From positions 1 to 53,813 of IMG/VR virus record IMGVR_UViG_3300037478_000427: a stretch of DNA of 53,813 nt. One strand, 5' to 3'. A program made the translations under genes and the position numbers. The notes under the pieces are model-generated. The model was not told the origin of the DNA. It ran no database searches and saw only the letters and a program-made list of their open reading frames with translations. The DNA comes from a virus (Duplodnaviria; Caudoviricetes). Numbering within the stretch: position 1 is the stretch's first letter; each line of letters starts with the position of its first letter. Below, piece by piece: positions 1 through 8,823 of the stretch.

Positions 1-127
1 CTACGGCGGTGGCACCGTGTACGGGTCGGGCTACGTGCAGCGGATGAACACGCCGCGGCGCATCGATCGCCCGTATGCTCGGGCTCTGTACAGCATCAAC
101 ACGTCTCGACCGATCCTGCGCCGCGCA
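1..127. repeat. Terminal direct repeat, copy 1 (circular assembly overlap)
   Basis: Bases 1-127 are identical to 53687-53813. 127 is a common assembler k-mer length and the repeat lies inside a coding sequence. Confidence 0.95.
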
Positions 128-184
128 ACCCTGCGTCGTCAGCGGTTCGCGTCCCAGCGAGGAAGGCTCAACCAGTGGCAGTAG
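2..184 (+). CDS. C-terminal end of the giant protein starting at 40392 (spans the circular join)
   Basis: Same frame as 40392-53813 via the overlap; reads YGGGTVYGSGYVQRMNTPRR...RGRLNQWQ, TAG at 182-184. Confidence 0.9.
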   Translation, partial: YGGGTVYGSGYVQRMNTPRRIDRPYARALYSINTSRPILRRATLRRQRFASQRGRLNQWQ

Positions 185-2142
185 GGATGATGGCTTTCGA
201 GCCGGTGGAGGACTTCGAGAACTGGTATGACTACAGGTCCGAAGACCGAGACGGGTGTCTGAAGTTCTCGGGGATCTCGAAGCGAGGGCAGGAGCTGTTC
301 CAGCGCTTCGAGTTCTACCGCAGTGAGCACCGCAAGCGGGTGGAGCACTACGACAAGTACGAGATGATGGCGGATGCCGAGGTCGTCTCGCGCAAGCCTG
401 ACCTGCCGAATGTGAGCTCGGGTGAGATCGCTGGCATGGTGCGCCGGGTCGCGCGCATCGTGGTGCAGCACACGCCGAACGTCGAGGTGATCTGCGAGTT
501 CGACGACGACCAGCCGAACGGCATCCTCGCGAAGCACATCCTGCGCTCGAAGATCATCGGCGACGAGACGAACTCGAACGAGATGCAGCAGAACCTGTTC
601 GCCTCGGTGATGAGCTCGTTCACCCTGGGCTTCGACGCCGTCGTGCCCGTGCTCAAGCAGGAGGCTGACGGCACCTGGTGCATGGAGTACGACTCGCTGC
701 ACTACCAGGATGTCTTCCCCGAGCCGGGCGTGAAGGATGCACGCAAGGCGCCGGAGATCTTCGTGCGCCGGTATCTGTCGAAGGGCGAGATCATCTCGCT
801 CATCCGCAACCAGCCTGCTGGCTGGGACATCCCGGCGCTGCGCCTGCTGGCGCGCTCGCGGCCGCCGTCGAAGCAGCAGGAGTCGGTGTCGCACGCCGAG
901 AAGCGGGCGCACACGATCCCCGATGGCTACGAGGTCATCACCTGGTACAACTCGTACGGTGACCCGTTCCTCACCTTCGATGCGAAGACCAAGGCCCTGC
1001 TGCGCATCGAGAAGAACAAGGACCCGCTGAAGCGCCATCCGGTGCAGTTCCTGATCCTGGAGAAGGATCCGCAGCAGCCGCTCGGGAAGTCGCAGGTGGC
1101 GCTGGTGTACGGGCGTCAGGAGTTCCAGGACCTGATGCTGAACGGAGCGATGAAGCTCTGGTACAAGAACATCAACCCCACGATCCTCGGCTTCGGCACC
1201 GGACTGAACGGTGTGCCGAACATGAGCCCGGGGAAGTACACGCACATCCCGAACCCGACGGCGAAGATCGAAGCCTTCGAGGTCAACACCCAGACGCTGC
1301 TCCAGTACGGGCAGATCAGCCAGCAGAACCAGGGCAGCATGATCAACCTGGTCGGTGCCGCGGATCAGCAGATGGCCGCCACTGCCGGGAACGGGATGAG
1401 TGCGACGCCTCAGGGTGTCGAGGCGCAGGAAGCTCTCGTCGACATCACGACGAACAACTACCAGAAGGCCGTCGAGAACTTCTTCTCCCGGTACTGCTCG
1501 TACGCGCTGACGGTGTTCTTCGCCGAGATGAAGGGTGTCGACAAGCTGACGCCGACGGCGGATGCACGGCGTGCGCTGGTGGGTGCGGGCCTCGATGAGA
1601 CCCTCTTCGATAGGGAGGGCCACCTCTCGATCAAGCTGTCCGAGATGGCGACGGTCTACAGCGTTCGTGCGGTGCCCGGTTCGCTGGTCGAGATGGAGGA
1701 CGAGAAGCAGCTCCGCATCCTGAACGAGCTGTTCATCCCGCTCTCCCAGTCCATGAACGCCATCGCAGGGTCGGGCGACCCGGCCATGCTGTCGAAGGCG
1801 GCGGCCGCGATGGTGTTCATCATCGACAAGCAGATCCAGCTCTCCGGCTCCGCGCACGCGGACGAGCTCTCGAAGGTGTTCCGGGAGGGTCCGACGCAGG
1901 ACAACGTCATGCAGGGGCAGCAGGTGCAGGCTCTGGAAGACGGAATCAACAACGCCTTCGAGGCTATGAATGAGAGCAATGTTCAGTCTGCTGATGCGCT
2001 GAAGCAGATGCAGGAGCAGATCTCGCTGATCACACAGACTCAGCAGGCTCTGCTCGAACAACTGGGTATCTCAAGTCCAACTAGTGGCGCACCGCGGCCT
2101 GAAACTGCTGTGCCGATTTCGACTCCTGCACCTGTGCAGTAG
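175..2142 (+). CDS. Portal protein (podovirus type)
   Basis: 655 aa, directly upstream of the capsid gene, helical/coiled-coil C-terminus, size and composition typical of P22-like portals. Start could be GTG 175 or ATG 187/190. Confidence 0.75.
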   Translation: MAVGMMAFEPVEDFENWYDYRSEDRDGCLKFSGISKRGQELFQRFEFYRSEHRKRVEHYDKYEMMADAEVVSRKPDLPNVSSGEIAGMVRRVARIVVQHTPNVEVICEFDDDQPNGILAKHILRSKIIGDETNSNEMQQNLFASVMSSFTLGFDAVVPVLKQEADGTWCMEYDSLHYQDVFPEPGVKDARKAPEIFVRRYLSKGEIISLIRNQPAGWDIPALRLLARSRPPSKQQESVSHAEKRAHTIPDGYEVITWYNSYGDPFLTFDAKTKALLRIEKNKDPLKRHPVQFLILEKDPQQPLGKSQVALVYGRQEFQDLMLNGAMKLWYKNINPTILGFGTGLNGVPNMSPGKYTHIPNPTAKIEAFEVNTQTLLQYGQISQQNQGSMINLVGAADQQMAATAGNGMSATPQGVEAQEALVDITTNNYQKAVENFFSRYCSYALTVFFAEMKGVDKLTPTADARRALVGAGLDETLFDREGHLSIKLSEMATVYSVRAVPGSLVEMEDEKQLRILNELFIPLSQSMNAIAGSGDPAMLSKAAAAMVFIIDKQIQLSGSAHADELSKVFREGPTQDNVMQGQQVQALEDGINNAFEAMNESNVQSADALKQMQEQISLITQTQQALLEQLGISSPTSGAPRPETAVPISTPAPVQ

Positions 2143-2210
2143 ATCATGTGTACTGACAACGCCGGGCTGACCGGCAGGCATACCCGCCAAGACAGGAAGG
2201 AGGTGCGCTG

Positions 2211-3791
2211 ATGGTCGCTCCCGTCCAGAAGGACTCTCTCACCGAGTACCAGATGGCTCTTGCCACGATCCTGCGCATCACGTCCCCGGTCGCCGGCATG
2301 TTCACGGGTTCGGAGATCAAGCCCAACCCGAACAAGCGGTCGATCCTGGTACCGGACATCCGTGTCGACGACTACATCGTCGACGCCGACATCTCCCGCA
2401 TCGGTGCGGACCACTACTCCGGTAGCGAGTTCACCTCCGAGTGGAAGAACGGACTGCCCCCGATCGAGTGGCGGCGCTACTCGATGTCGCGTCACCGCAG
2501 CTTCGGCTTCACGGTGTTCGACGAGCAGCTCCAGTACTCGCCGTTCAAGAACCTTCCGCAGGAGTACACCGCGCGGAAGATGCAGACCACGGTCCTGCGT
2601 GACCACGACAAGTACTGCCTCTTCGCGGCGGTCACCGGTCACATGACCGGCAAGCTCGTGCCCCGCACCGCTGCCGACGACCCGACGCCGTTCACCACGG
2701 ACGCCGCGCGCATCTCCCACACGGGTGACGCCCGCGACTACAAGTGGGTCGCGGAGCCCGGCGAGGACTACGACAACGAGATCCAGCCGTCGTTCGCCAC
2801 GATCCAGGGCATGTTCCTGGACAACGCGAACCCGCTCGCCACGGTCGACCAGCTCACGCTGCTCTTCTCGGACAACTGGTTCGACAGCAACTTCGGCAAC
2901 AACGAGCGCTTCCTCCTGGTCACCTCGGCCCTGGAGCTGGCGTTCATCAACTACCTGATCGACCAGGGCGCCGGTACCGAGAGCGCGTTCAAGCTGCTCA
3001 AGGACGGCGACATCTCGGGCGCCAACGCGATGGGCTACCTCGGTACGCTCAAGGGCTCCTGGAAGCTCCAGAAGATCCACCCGGAGTTCCTGCCCCGCGT
3101 CTTCACCGTGGACCCCGGCCTGGTCGTCGACCCGGTCGCCACGACCGACACGGCCGGTCGTACGCTCCGTCAGGTCGTCGGCCTGGCCACGTACGCCAAC
3201 GCCGTGCAGACGTACGAGCACTTCTCCGAGCGTCGCCAGGAAGACGGCGGCACCCGGTTCAAGGGCACCGAGTACGTGCAGGACTTCTCCTACGACTGCT
3301 GGGTCATCGACCAGTTCTCGGAGGGTGTCGTCCCGCTGTTCCTGGAGGGGGCTGCCATCACCGGCGACCAGATCTCCGGCACCAACGCCACCTACGTGGA
3401 CACCGAGGACTCGTTCAACCGCGTCGCCGACATGGTCGCCGCCGCTCGTGCGCAGCTCTCGGTCTCGCCGGAGACGTACCCGCTGTCCGGTGCGGACACG
3501 CTCAAGTCGCGTCCGGGCTGGTTCCACTCGCCGTACAACTCCACCGACCAGCTCGACCCGAGCCTGCCGCTGGAGTCCGGCGACGTCGCCTTCACGAACG
3601 ACGACCCGATCGACATCGAGGCTCACGCCGAGTCGACCGCATACTCGGCGGGCGAGTACGTGTCGCTCGACGGGAAGCTGTTCGAGGTCACCACGGCCGG
3701 TACGACCGACGCCTCGGCGCCGGACGTGTCCGCGGTGGCTGTCGGCCAGACCGTCGACGACGGTACCGCCGTCCTCACCCGGAGGGCCTGA
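2211..3791 (+). CDS. Major capsid protein with C-terminal accessory domain
   Basis: 526 aa, strong RBS (AAGGAGG), highly biased codons, follows the portal; HK97-fold-like core segments and an acidic C-terminal extension. Confidence 0.75.
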   Translation: MVAPVQKDSLTEYQMALATILRITSPVAGMFTGSEIKPNPNKRSILVPDIRVDDYIVDADISRIGADHYSGSEFTSEWKNGLPPIEWRRYSMSRHRSFGFTVFDEQLQYSPFKNLPQEYTARKMQTTVLRDHDKYCLFAAVTGHMTGKLVPRTAADDPTPFTTDAARISHTGDARDYKWVAEPGEDYDNEIQPSFATIQGMFLDNANPLATVDQLTLLFSDNWFDSNFGNNERFLLVTSALELAFINYLIDQGAGTESAFKLLKDGDISGANAMGYLGTLKGSWKLQKIHPEFLPRVFTVDPGLVVDPVATTDTAGRTLRQVVGLATYANAVQTYEHFSERRQEDGGTRFKGTEYVQDFSYDCWVIDQFSEGVVPLFLEGAAITGDQISGTNATYVDTEDSFNRVADMVAAARAQLSVSPETYPLSGADTLKSRPGWFHSPYNSTDQLDPSLPLESGDVAFTNDDPIDIEAHAESTAYSAGEYVSLDGKLFEVTTAGTTDASAPDVSAVAVGQTVDDGTAVLTRRA

Positions 3792-3794
3792 TCC

Positions 3795-3959
3795 ATGGAC
3801 CAGCTCATCGAACTGCTCCAGCAGATCCAGGAGCTCGCCGGTGTCGGCATCGAGGCCCTTCAGGAGGCCACGGCTGGCGGCGGCGAGGGTCCGCCCGAGG
3901 GTGGTCCGCCGCCCGAGGGTGACGGCGGACCGCCTCCCGAGGGTGCTCCGCCGGCCTGA
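3795..3959 (+). CDS. Small Gly/Pro/Glu-rich protein (54 aa)
   Basis: Below the ORF-track cut-off. GGAGG RBS at 3781-3785; MDQLIELLQQIQELAGVGIEALQEATAGGGEGPPEGGPPPEGDGGPPPEGAPPA. Confidence 0.75.
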   Translation: MDQLIELLQQIQELAGVGIEALQEATAGGGEGPPEGGPPPEGDGGPPPEGAPPA

Positions 3960-3979
3960 CGGCCGTATCCTCACCATGT

Positions 3980-4025
3980 AGAAGCCGGGCCAGGGCTTTC
4001 GCTCCTTTCACCTGGCCCGGCTTCT
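3980..4025 (+). terminator. Stem-loop after the capsid unit (probable terminator/attenuator)
   Basis: Perfect 15-bp inverted repeat AGAAGCCGGGCCAGG/CCTGGCCCGGCTTCT with a 16-nt loop; weak U-tract. Confidence 0.65.
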
Positions 4026-4053
4026 GCGTCCGAAACCTGTTGAAGGAGGCCCG

Positions 4054-5415
4054 ATGGCATCGGCCAGCAACACCCCGCGCACCCCGCTCACTCTGGAGCT
4101 GGAGCAGCGCAAGTCCGTGTCGTTCGGAGTCTCCTTCGTGGACACCGCGAACTCTCCGGTCAACATCCTGGAGTCCCAGATCCGCATGGTCGTGCGGCCG
4201 TACAACGACCAGCAGGACGGGGATGTGACCGCGGCCATCGATCTCGAAGGCACGGTCACCGAGGGTGAGCTTGGCTACGCTCGCTTCGACGTGCAGGCGG
4301 CCGACCTCGACCTGACGGCCGGGCAGTACGAGTACGCCATCATCCTCGAGGATGGCACCGGCTACACCTCCGTCGTCGTCAAGGGCGACATGATCCTCCT
4401 GCGCAACACCGAGTTCGACTCGGCGCTCGTCAACGCAGACGGTTCCGGTTACCCGGCGTTCAACATCAAGGTCACGATGGCCGCGCCGGATCCGCTCACC
4501 ACGATCACCGGGGTGCCCTACCCGAATCAGGTGCCCTTCACCGAGGGCGATCGTGCCGAGATCGAGCAGCTCAACAACCGTGTCGATGCGATCGAGAGCG
4601 GCGGGCAGGTGCTCACGGTCGAGGGCATCGGCCCGGACAGCAGTGGCAACATTGACCTCGACGTCCCGTTCGCCGACAACCCGCTGATCGTGCTGGAGAC
4701 CGGCGCACCGCTGCCCGCTCCGACCCTGCCGGGTACGGTGATCGGCCGCATCGCTCCCCTCGTCACCGACCTGGAGGTCGTGGCTGGCAGCGCCGAGGAC
4801 GCCATCGACACGGACACAACCCTCGACATCCCGGTGCCCGCGGACGCCATCTCCGGTGACTACCTCGTGGCCGCCGTCACGTCGCAGAACACCGGAGCGA
4901 CCTGGACCGCGCCGGTCGGCTGGGACACACTGGCCTCATACACCACGGGTGACAACCGGTCGCTGTACGTCTTCGGCTACCCGATCACCGGCTCCGTGCC
5001 TGCTGGACCCGAGACCTTCACCGTGTCCTCCGGCGGTCGCGACGCGGGAGTCATGTTCCGCGTGCTCGGCGTGGATCTCACGGATGCCCTGCTGGTCGCC
5101 GGTACCGGATCGACCGGGCGCACTGCGAACTTCGTGACGATCCCGCAGCTCGCCGGATCGGCTGGCGGCCTGGTGCTGTCGATCCACTGCGGTAACAACG
5201 GCGCCGGCGTGCCGTACCCGATCCCGGCGACCTGGTCGAACGGCATGACCTCGTTCGTCGATGCGATCACCCGCGTGGACAATGCGGCCGCGCTGACCTG
5301 GATCGACGTCGCTGCCACCACCACGGTGATCGACTTCAACGAGCACGTCATCACCTCCGGTGGCGGGTCGGTTACTCAGATGGGTGGCGCCGCCATCGCT
5401 CTGCGAGGTGCGTGA
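4054..5415 (+). CDS. Minor tail/appendage protein (BppU-like N-terminal Ig-like domain)
   Basis: 453 aa, beta-rich and Gly/Thr/Ala-rich; N-terminus resembles virion-anchoring BppU-N domains; structural module context. Confidence 0.6.
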   Translation: MASASNTPRTPLTLELEQRKSVSFGVSFVDTANSPVNILESQIRMVVRPYNDQQDGDVTAAIDLEGTVTEGELGYARFDVQAADLDLTAGQYEYAIILEDGTGYTSVVVKGDMILLRNTEFDSALVNADGSGYPAFNIKVTMAAPDPLTTITGVPYPNQVPFTEGDRAEIEQLNNRVDAIESGGQVLTVEGIGPDSSGNIDLDVPFADNPLIVLETGAPLPAPTLPGTVIGRIAPLVTDLEVVAGSAEDAIDTDTTLDIPVPADAISGDYLVAAVTSQNTGATWTAPVGWDTLASYTTGDNRSLYVFGYPITGSVPAGPETFTVSSGGRDAGVMFRVLGVDLTDALLVAGTGSTGRTANFVTIPQLAGSAGGLVLSIHCGNNGAGVPYPIPATWSNGMTSFVDAITRVDNAAALTWIDVAATTTVIDFNEHVITSGGGSVTQMGGAAIALRGA

Positions 5416-6302
5416 TGTTCGAGGTGGCGGTGAACGACACGGACACCGTGCCGGTGGTCGACTGGGACTACTGGGACGGCTCGCACCTGCGTGGCATGAC
5501 CATGGGGATCATGCCGCACGGGAAGAACCGGATCTACAAGCTCGGGCAGGAGCCCGGCTTTGCGGTCGCTCACCGGAGCGGCTCGGACAACTACGCCGAG
5601 TACAGCCACCGCGGCTACACCGAGTGCGTCGCGCGGGGCGTGATGGCGCTGGAGCTGTCGGTCTCCCGATCGCAGGACGGCGTGTGGTTCGGCTTGCACG
5701 ATCGCACGCTGACGCGCACGAGCAGCGTCACCGGCTACTCGGCCGACCCGTACCTGAACTCCTGGAACTACATCCGCTCGCTGCCGAACAACAACGTCGG
5801 CTCCGATCCGGACCCTGCGTTCCCGGAGCCACAGGAGTACGTCGAGATCCACGAGCTGCTCGCTCCGTACGTCGATTCGCACGTCCTCCTCCTGGACCTG
5901 AAGTTCAAGGCCGGAGAGCCGGAGCGCGAGGAAATCCTCGAGATCCTGGACGAGCTGTACGACGAGCCACGAGAGCAGGTCATCTTCAAGTTCGCCGACG
6001 CACGGGCGACGTCGTACGCCGACTGGATCGCGTCGATCGGTTACACGTCCTGGGGTCACATCTGGACGAATGACTACCTGGCTGACCCCGTGGCGATGAA
6101 CGAAGCCATGGATCACTGGGACTGGCTGGGTGTGGCTGCCGACGCGACGGCGCAGCTCTGGCTGGACGCGCAGGCGCAGGAGAAGCCGATGCTCGGTGCG
6201 ATCGTGAACGACCCGGCGGAGCTCGCTATCGTTCTCGGTGAGGGCTGCATCGGGTACCTGTGCGCTGACCCGATCGAACTGCTCGGCCCGTCGCTGGTGT
6301 GA
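5412..6302 (+). CDS. Glycerophosphodiester phosphodiesterase (GDPD) domain protein, probably virion-associated
   Basis: Motifs AHRSG, LELSV, SQDGVWFGLHDRTLTRT and LLDLK match the GDPD TIM-barrel pattern. Confidence 0.8.
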   Translation: MMFEVAVNDTDTVPVVDWDYWDGSHLRGMTMGIMPHGKNRIYKLGQEPGFAVAHRSGSDNYAEYSHRGYTECVARGVMALELSVSRSQDGVWFGLHDRTLTRTSSVTGYSADPYLNSWNYIRSLPNNNVGSDPDPAFPEPQEYVEIHELLAPYVDSHVLLLDLKFKAGEPEREEILEILDELYDEPREQVIFKFADARATSYADWIASIGYTSWGHIWTNDYLADPVAMNEAMDHWDWLGVAADATAQLWLDAQAQEKPMLGAIVNDPAELAIVLGEGCIGYLCADPIELLGPSLV

Positions 6303-6314
6303 GAGGAGAGAACC

Positions 6315-6833
6315 ATGGTCACTGAATACCCGACGATGATCGTCGGTGTACCCGGCCCGCGCGAGACGATGTTCACGCTGGACGACAAGGCACGTCTGGA
6401 GAGCATCTCCGACTTCGCGCTGCTCCCGGTCGGTGGTGCAGCGGGGAACGTCCTGATCAAGGACTCGGCCACGAACTACGACGTGCGCTGGGCCAACGCT
6501 CAGTCGTTCAACGGCACGCTCTCCGCGCTCGGGCAGCCCGCGGGCTACGCTCCGATCTCGGATGGCCTGGACGGCTGGGACTGGGCGGAGGTGGCGGATC
6601 CGGTAGTCGAGTGGGGCGACATCGACGACAAGCCGACGTTCGGTACAGCGAGCGAGTCGGACGTCGAGGACTTCGCGGCCGCCGTGCACACGCACGATGC
6701 CGACGCCGTCGTCTCCGGTGAGCTCGATCCCGATCGTGTGCCCGTAGTGCTCGATCTGAACGGCATCACCCGCGGTACTGCTGCGCCGGCTGGTGGCGTG
6801 GATGGCGACATCTACCTCCAGTACACCCCGTAG
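6315..6833 (+). CDS. Tail fibre-like protein
   Basis: Fibre motifs GGAAGNVLIKDSATNYDVRW, WGDIDDKP, HTHDA...SGEL...RVP, GGVDGDIYLQY. Confidence 0.65.
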   Translation: MVTEYPTMIVGVPGPRETMFTLDDKARLESISDFALLPVGGAAGNVLIKDSATNYDVRWANAQSFNGTLSALGQPAGYAPISDGLDGWDWAEVADPVVEWGDIDDKPTFGTASESDVEDFAAAVHTHDADAVVSGELDPDRVPVVLDLNGITRGTAAPAGGVDGDIYLQYTP

Positions 6834-6842
6834 GCGGCGCTG

Positions 6843-8267
6843 ATGGCAACGCTATGGGGCGCCTACGCATACGGTGGTAGTCCCAGTCGCGGGCAGCGTG
6901 TCGGCATCGACTTCAATGTGCTGGACGACGTCACAGAGGCAAGCCCGAGCTACGTCGTCGAGTGGCTCCTCAAGCAGCAGACGAACCTCACCGCCACCAC
7001 GGTCGACGGAACTGGCATCTGGGAAGGCCACATCACTGGCTCGAACACGATCGAGCTGCCGCCTGGTGCTGTGCGAGAGTTCGATCAGGTCGAGAAGGAG
7101 TACGTCGCCTCCTGGGATAGCACACAGGAGTTCACGACCGAGCTGTACGGCACGTTCACCTGGGGCTCGGGGACGTCCTTCGTCCAGCGGACGCTGACCG
7201 TTCCACGACGGCCGACGGCTGCTCCGTCTCAGGCTCCGCAGCCTACGACTCAGAGCATCACCTCGACCGGCTTCGAGGTGCACTGGGGCGACTTCGCGCC
7301 AGGGTCTGGCGACTTCTGGCGGGGACCCACTGATGGACGTAGCGTTCGCGTGCAGGTCTCGCAGACCTCGGACTTCTCCCAGATCGTGCACTCCGACACC
7401 TACGATCACAGCGATGATTTCGTCGCCATCGCTGGCCTGTCGCGAGCCAAGACGTACTACATCCGCACCAGGTTCTTCGGGGTGTGGTGGGACGGCACCA
7501 AGACTGGAGCGTTCTCCACCACGCGGACAGTCACTACGCTTCCCGAGGTGCCGTCTGCTCCGCACAGCTACACCGCGCAGGAGATCACGCGGAACAGCGC
7601 GTCCGGCATGGGCACGAAGATCGCCGACAACGGTGGCCAGGCGCCCGACGACATCCGGGTGCAGTGGAACACCTCGGCCACGGAGGTCGGCGCAGAGCTG
7701 CGAACCATGGGCTCGTGGGTGAAGACCCGGATGACCGACCTGACGTCGGGTACCGAGTACTTCTTCCGGCACGCCGCACACAACTCGGCTGGCTGGTCGG
7801 ACTGGGGCGCCTGGGTCAGCTTCACGACGATCATCATCGCTCCGGACGATCCCGCGCCCGTGACGTTCGGTACCGTCACCGACACCACCATCGAGTTCGA
7901 CTGGGTCGAGCCGGCGCTGAACGGTGCCACGCTCGACGGCTATCGGCTGAGGATCGCGACGGACTCGGCGATGGCCAACCTCGTGCGGGATCACGTACAA
8001 CCTCCGAGCGTCGTCGGCGTCGGGTACGGCGGTTTCATCCCGGGCACCACGTACTGGGCGGACATACAAGCGCTCGCATCTCCCGACAACTCAGGTGCAT
8101 CGGTGCCAGCATCGGTCTCGACGACGGGCAGTGTTGCCACGCTGTTTCCGCACCTCAACGTGGGTGGCGTGTGGTATCCGGTCGTGGTGTGGCTGAACGT
8201 CGCCGGAGTGTGGGAGCAGGTCAATCTCGGACTGAACGTCGCCGGGGTGTGGAAGGAGTCGACGTGA
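6843..8267 (+). CDS. Fibronectin type III repeat tail/receptor-binding protein
   Basis: Three Fn3-like units (GLSRAKTYYIR, DLTSGTEYFFRHAAHNSAGWSDW, GFIPGTTYWADIQA); C-terminal NVxGVW triple repeat. Confidence 0.75.
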   Translation: MATLWGAYAYGGSPSRGQRVGIDFNVLDDVTEASPSYVVEWLLKQQTNLTATTVDGTGIWEGHITGSNTIELPPGAVREFDQVEKEYVASWDSTQEFTTELYGTFTWGSGTSFVQRTLTVPRRPTAAPSQAPQPTTQSITSTGFEVHWGDFAPGSGDFWRGPTDGRSVRVQVSQTSDFSQIVHSDTYDHSDDFVAIAGLSRAKTYYIRTRFFGVWWDGTKTGAFSTTRTVTTLPEVPSAPHSYTAQEITRNSASGMGTKIADNGGQAPDDIRVQWNTSATEVGAELRTMGSWVKTRMTDLTSGTEYFFRHAAHNSAGWSDWGAWVSFTTIIIAPDDPAPVTFGTVTDTTIEFDWVEPALNGATLDGYRLRIATDSAMANLVRDHVQPPSVVGVGYGGFIPGTTYWADIQALASPDNSGASVPASVSTTGSVATLFPHLNVGGVWYPVVVWLNVAGVWEQVNLGLNVAGVWKEST

Positions 8268-8611
8268 TCATGGAGTACCTGCGGGAGGCAGACCCTCTGG
8301 TCTTGGTGGCGATCATCGGACTACTTGGTACCGTACTCACGACAGTAGGCGTCGTCGTGGTGGCATTCATGCAGCATGGGACGCGGAAAGCTATCCGCAC
8401 CAACCACGGCTCGAAGAACCTCGGTGACGCCACCGACAAGAACACCGAACGCCTCATCGACATCGGGAACAACTTGGCCTCGTTGCAGGCCATGTTCATC
8501 AAGCACGTCTCCGACTCCGACAAGTACGTGAAGGAGAACCGGGACGTGCTGGCATGGGCCGAAGCCCGGCGTCGTGAGAACATTGCTGGTGAAGGAAAGG
8601 ACCCGTCATGA
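8264..8611 (+). CDS. Membrane protein of the lysis cassette (single N-terminal TM plus coiled coil)
   Basis: AAGGAG RBS then GTG 8264 or ATG 8270; TM LVLVAIIGLLGTVLTTVGVVVVAF; 3' part of track ORF 7484..8611. Confidence 0.75.
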   Translation: MIMEYLREADPLVLVAIIGLLGTVLTTVGVVVVAFMQHGTRKAIRTNHGSKNLGDATDKNTERLIDIGNNLASLQAMFIKHVSDSDKYVKENRDVLAWAEARRRENIAGEGKDPS

Positions 8612-8823
8612 CATCCATCAACGAACTGATCGAGCAGCTCCTGCCACCCAAGGCGCGCCTCGTGGTGTACCTCATCGTGGACCTCGTCGCGCTGATCTTC
8701 GGCGCCTGGCAGATCGCCGAGGGCAACTGGGTCGAGGCGCTGTTCGGCGTGCTCGTCGCGTTGCAGACCTCGCTCTCGGCGAGCAAGACGCCGATCGCCC
8801 CGAAGGAGTACGAGTCGTGGTGA
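8608..8823 (+). CDS. Holin (putative)
   Basis: 71 aa, two hydrophobic segments, immediately upstream of the endolysin, overlapping start/stop codons. Confidence 0.7.
   Translation: MTSINELIEQLLPPKARLVVYLIVDLVALIFGAWQIAEGNWVEALFGVLVALQTSLSASKTPIAPKEYESW

Noticed and set aside
1-127. Terminal repeat as a biological direct terminal repeat
   Set aside because: It is exactly 127 bp, a common assembler k-mer, and falls mid-gene. It shows circularity only; true ends need read mapping.
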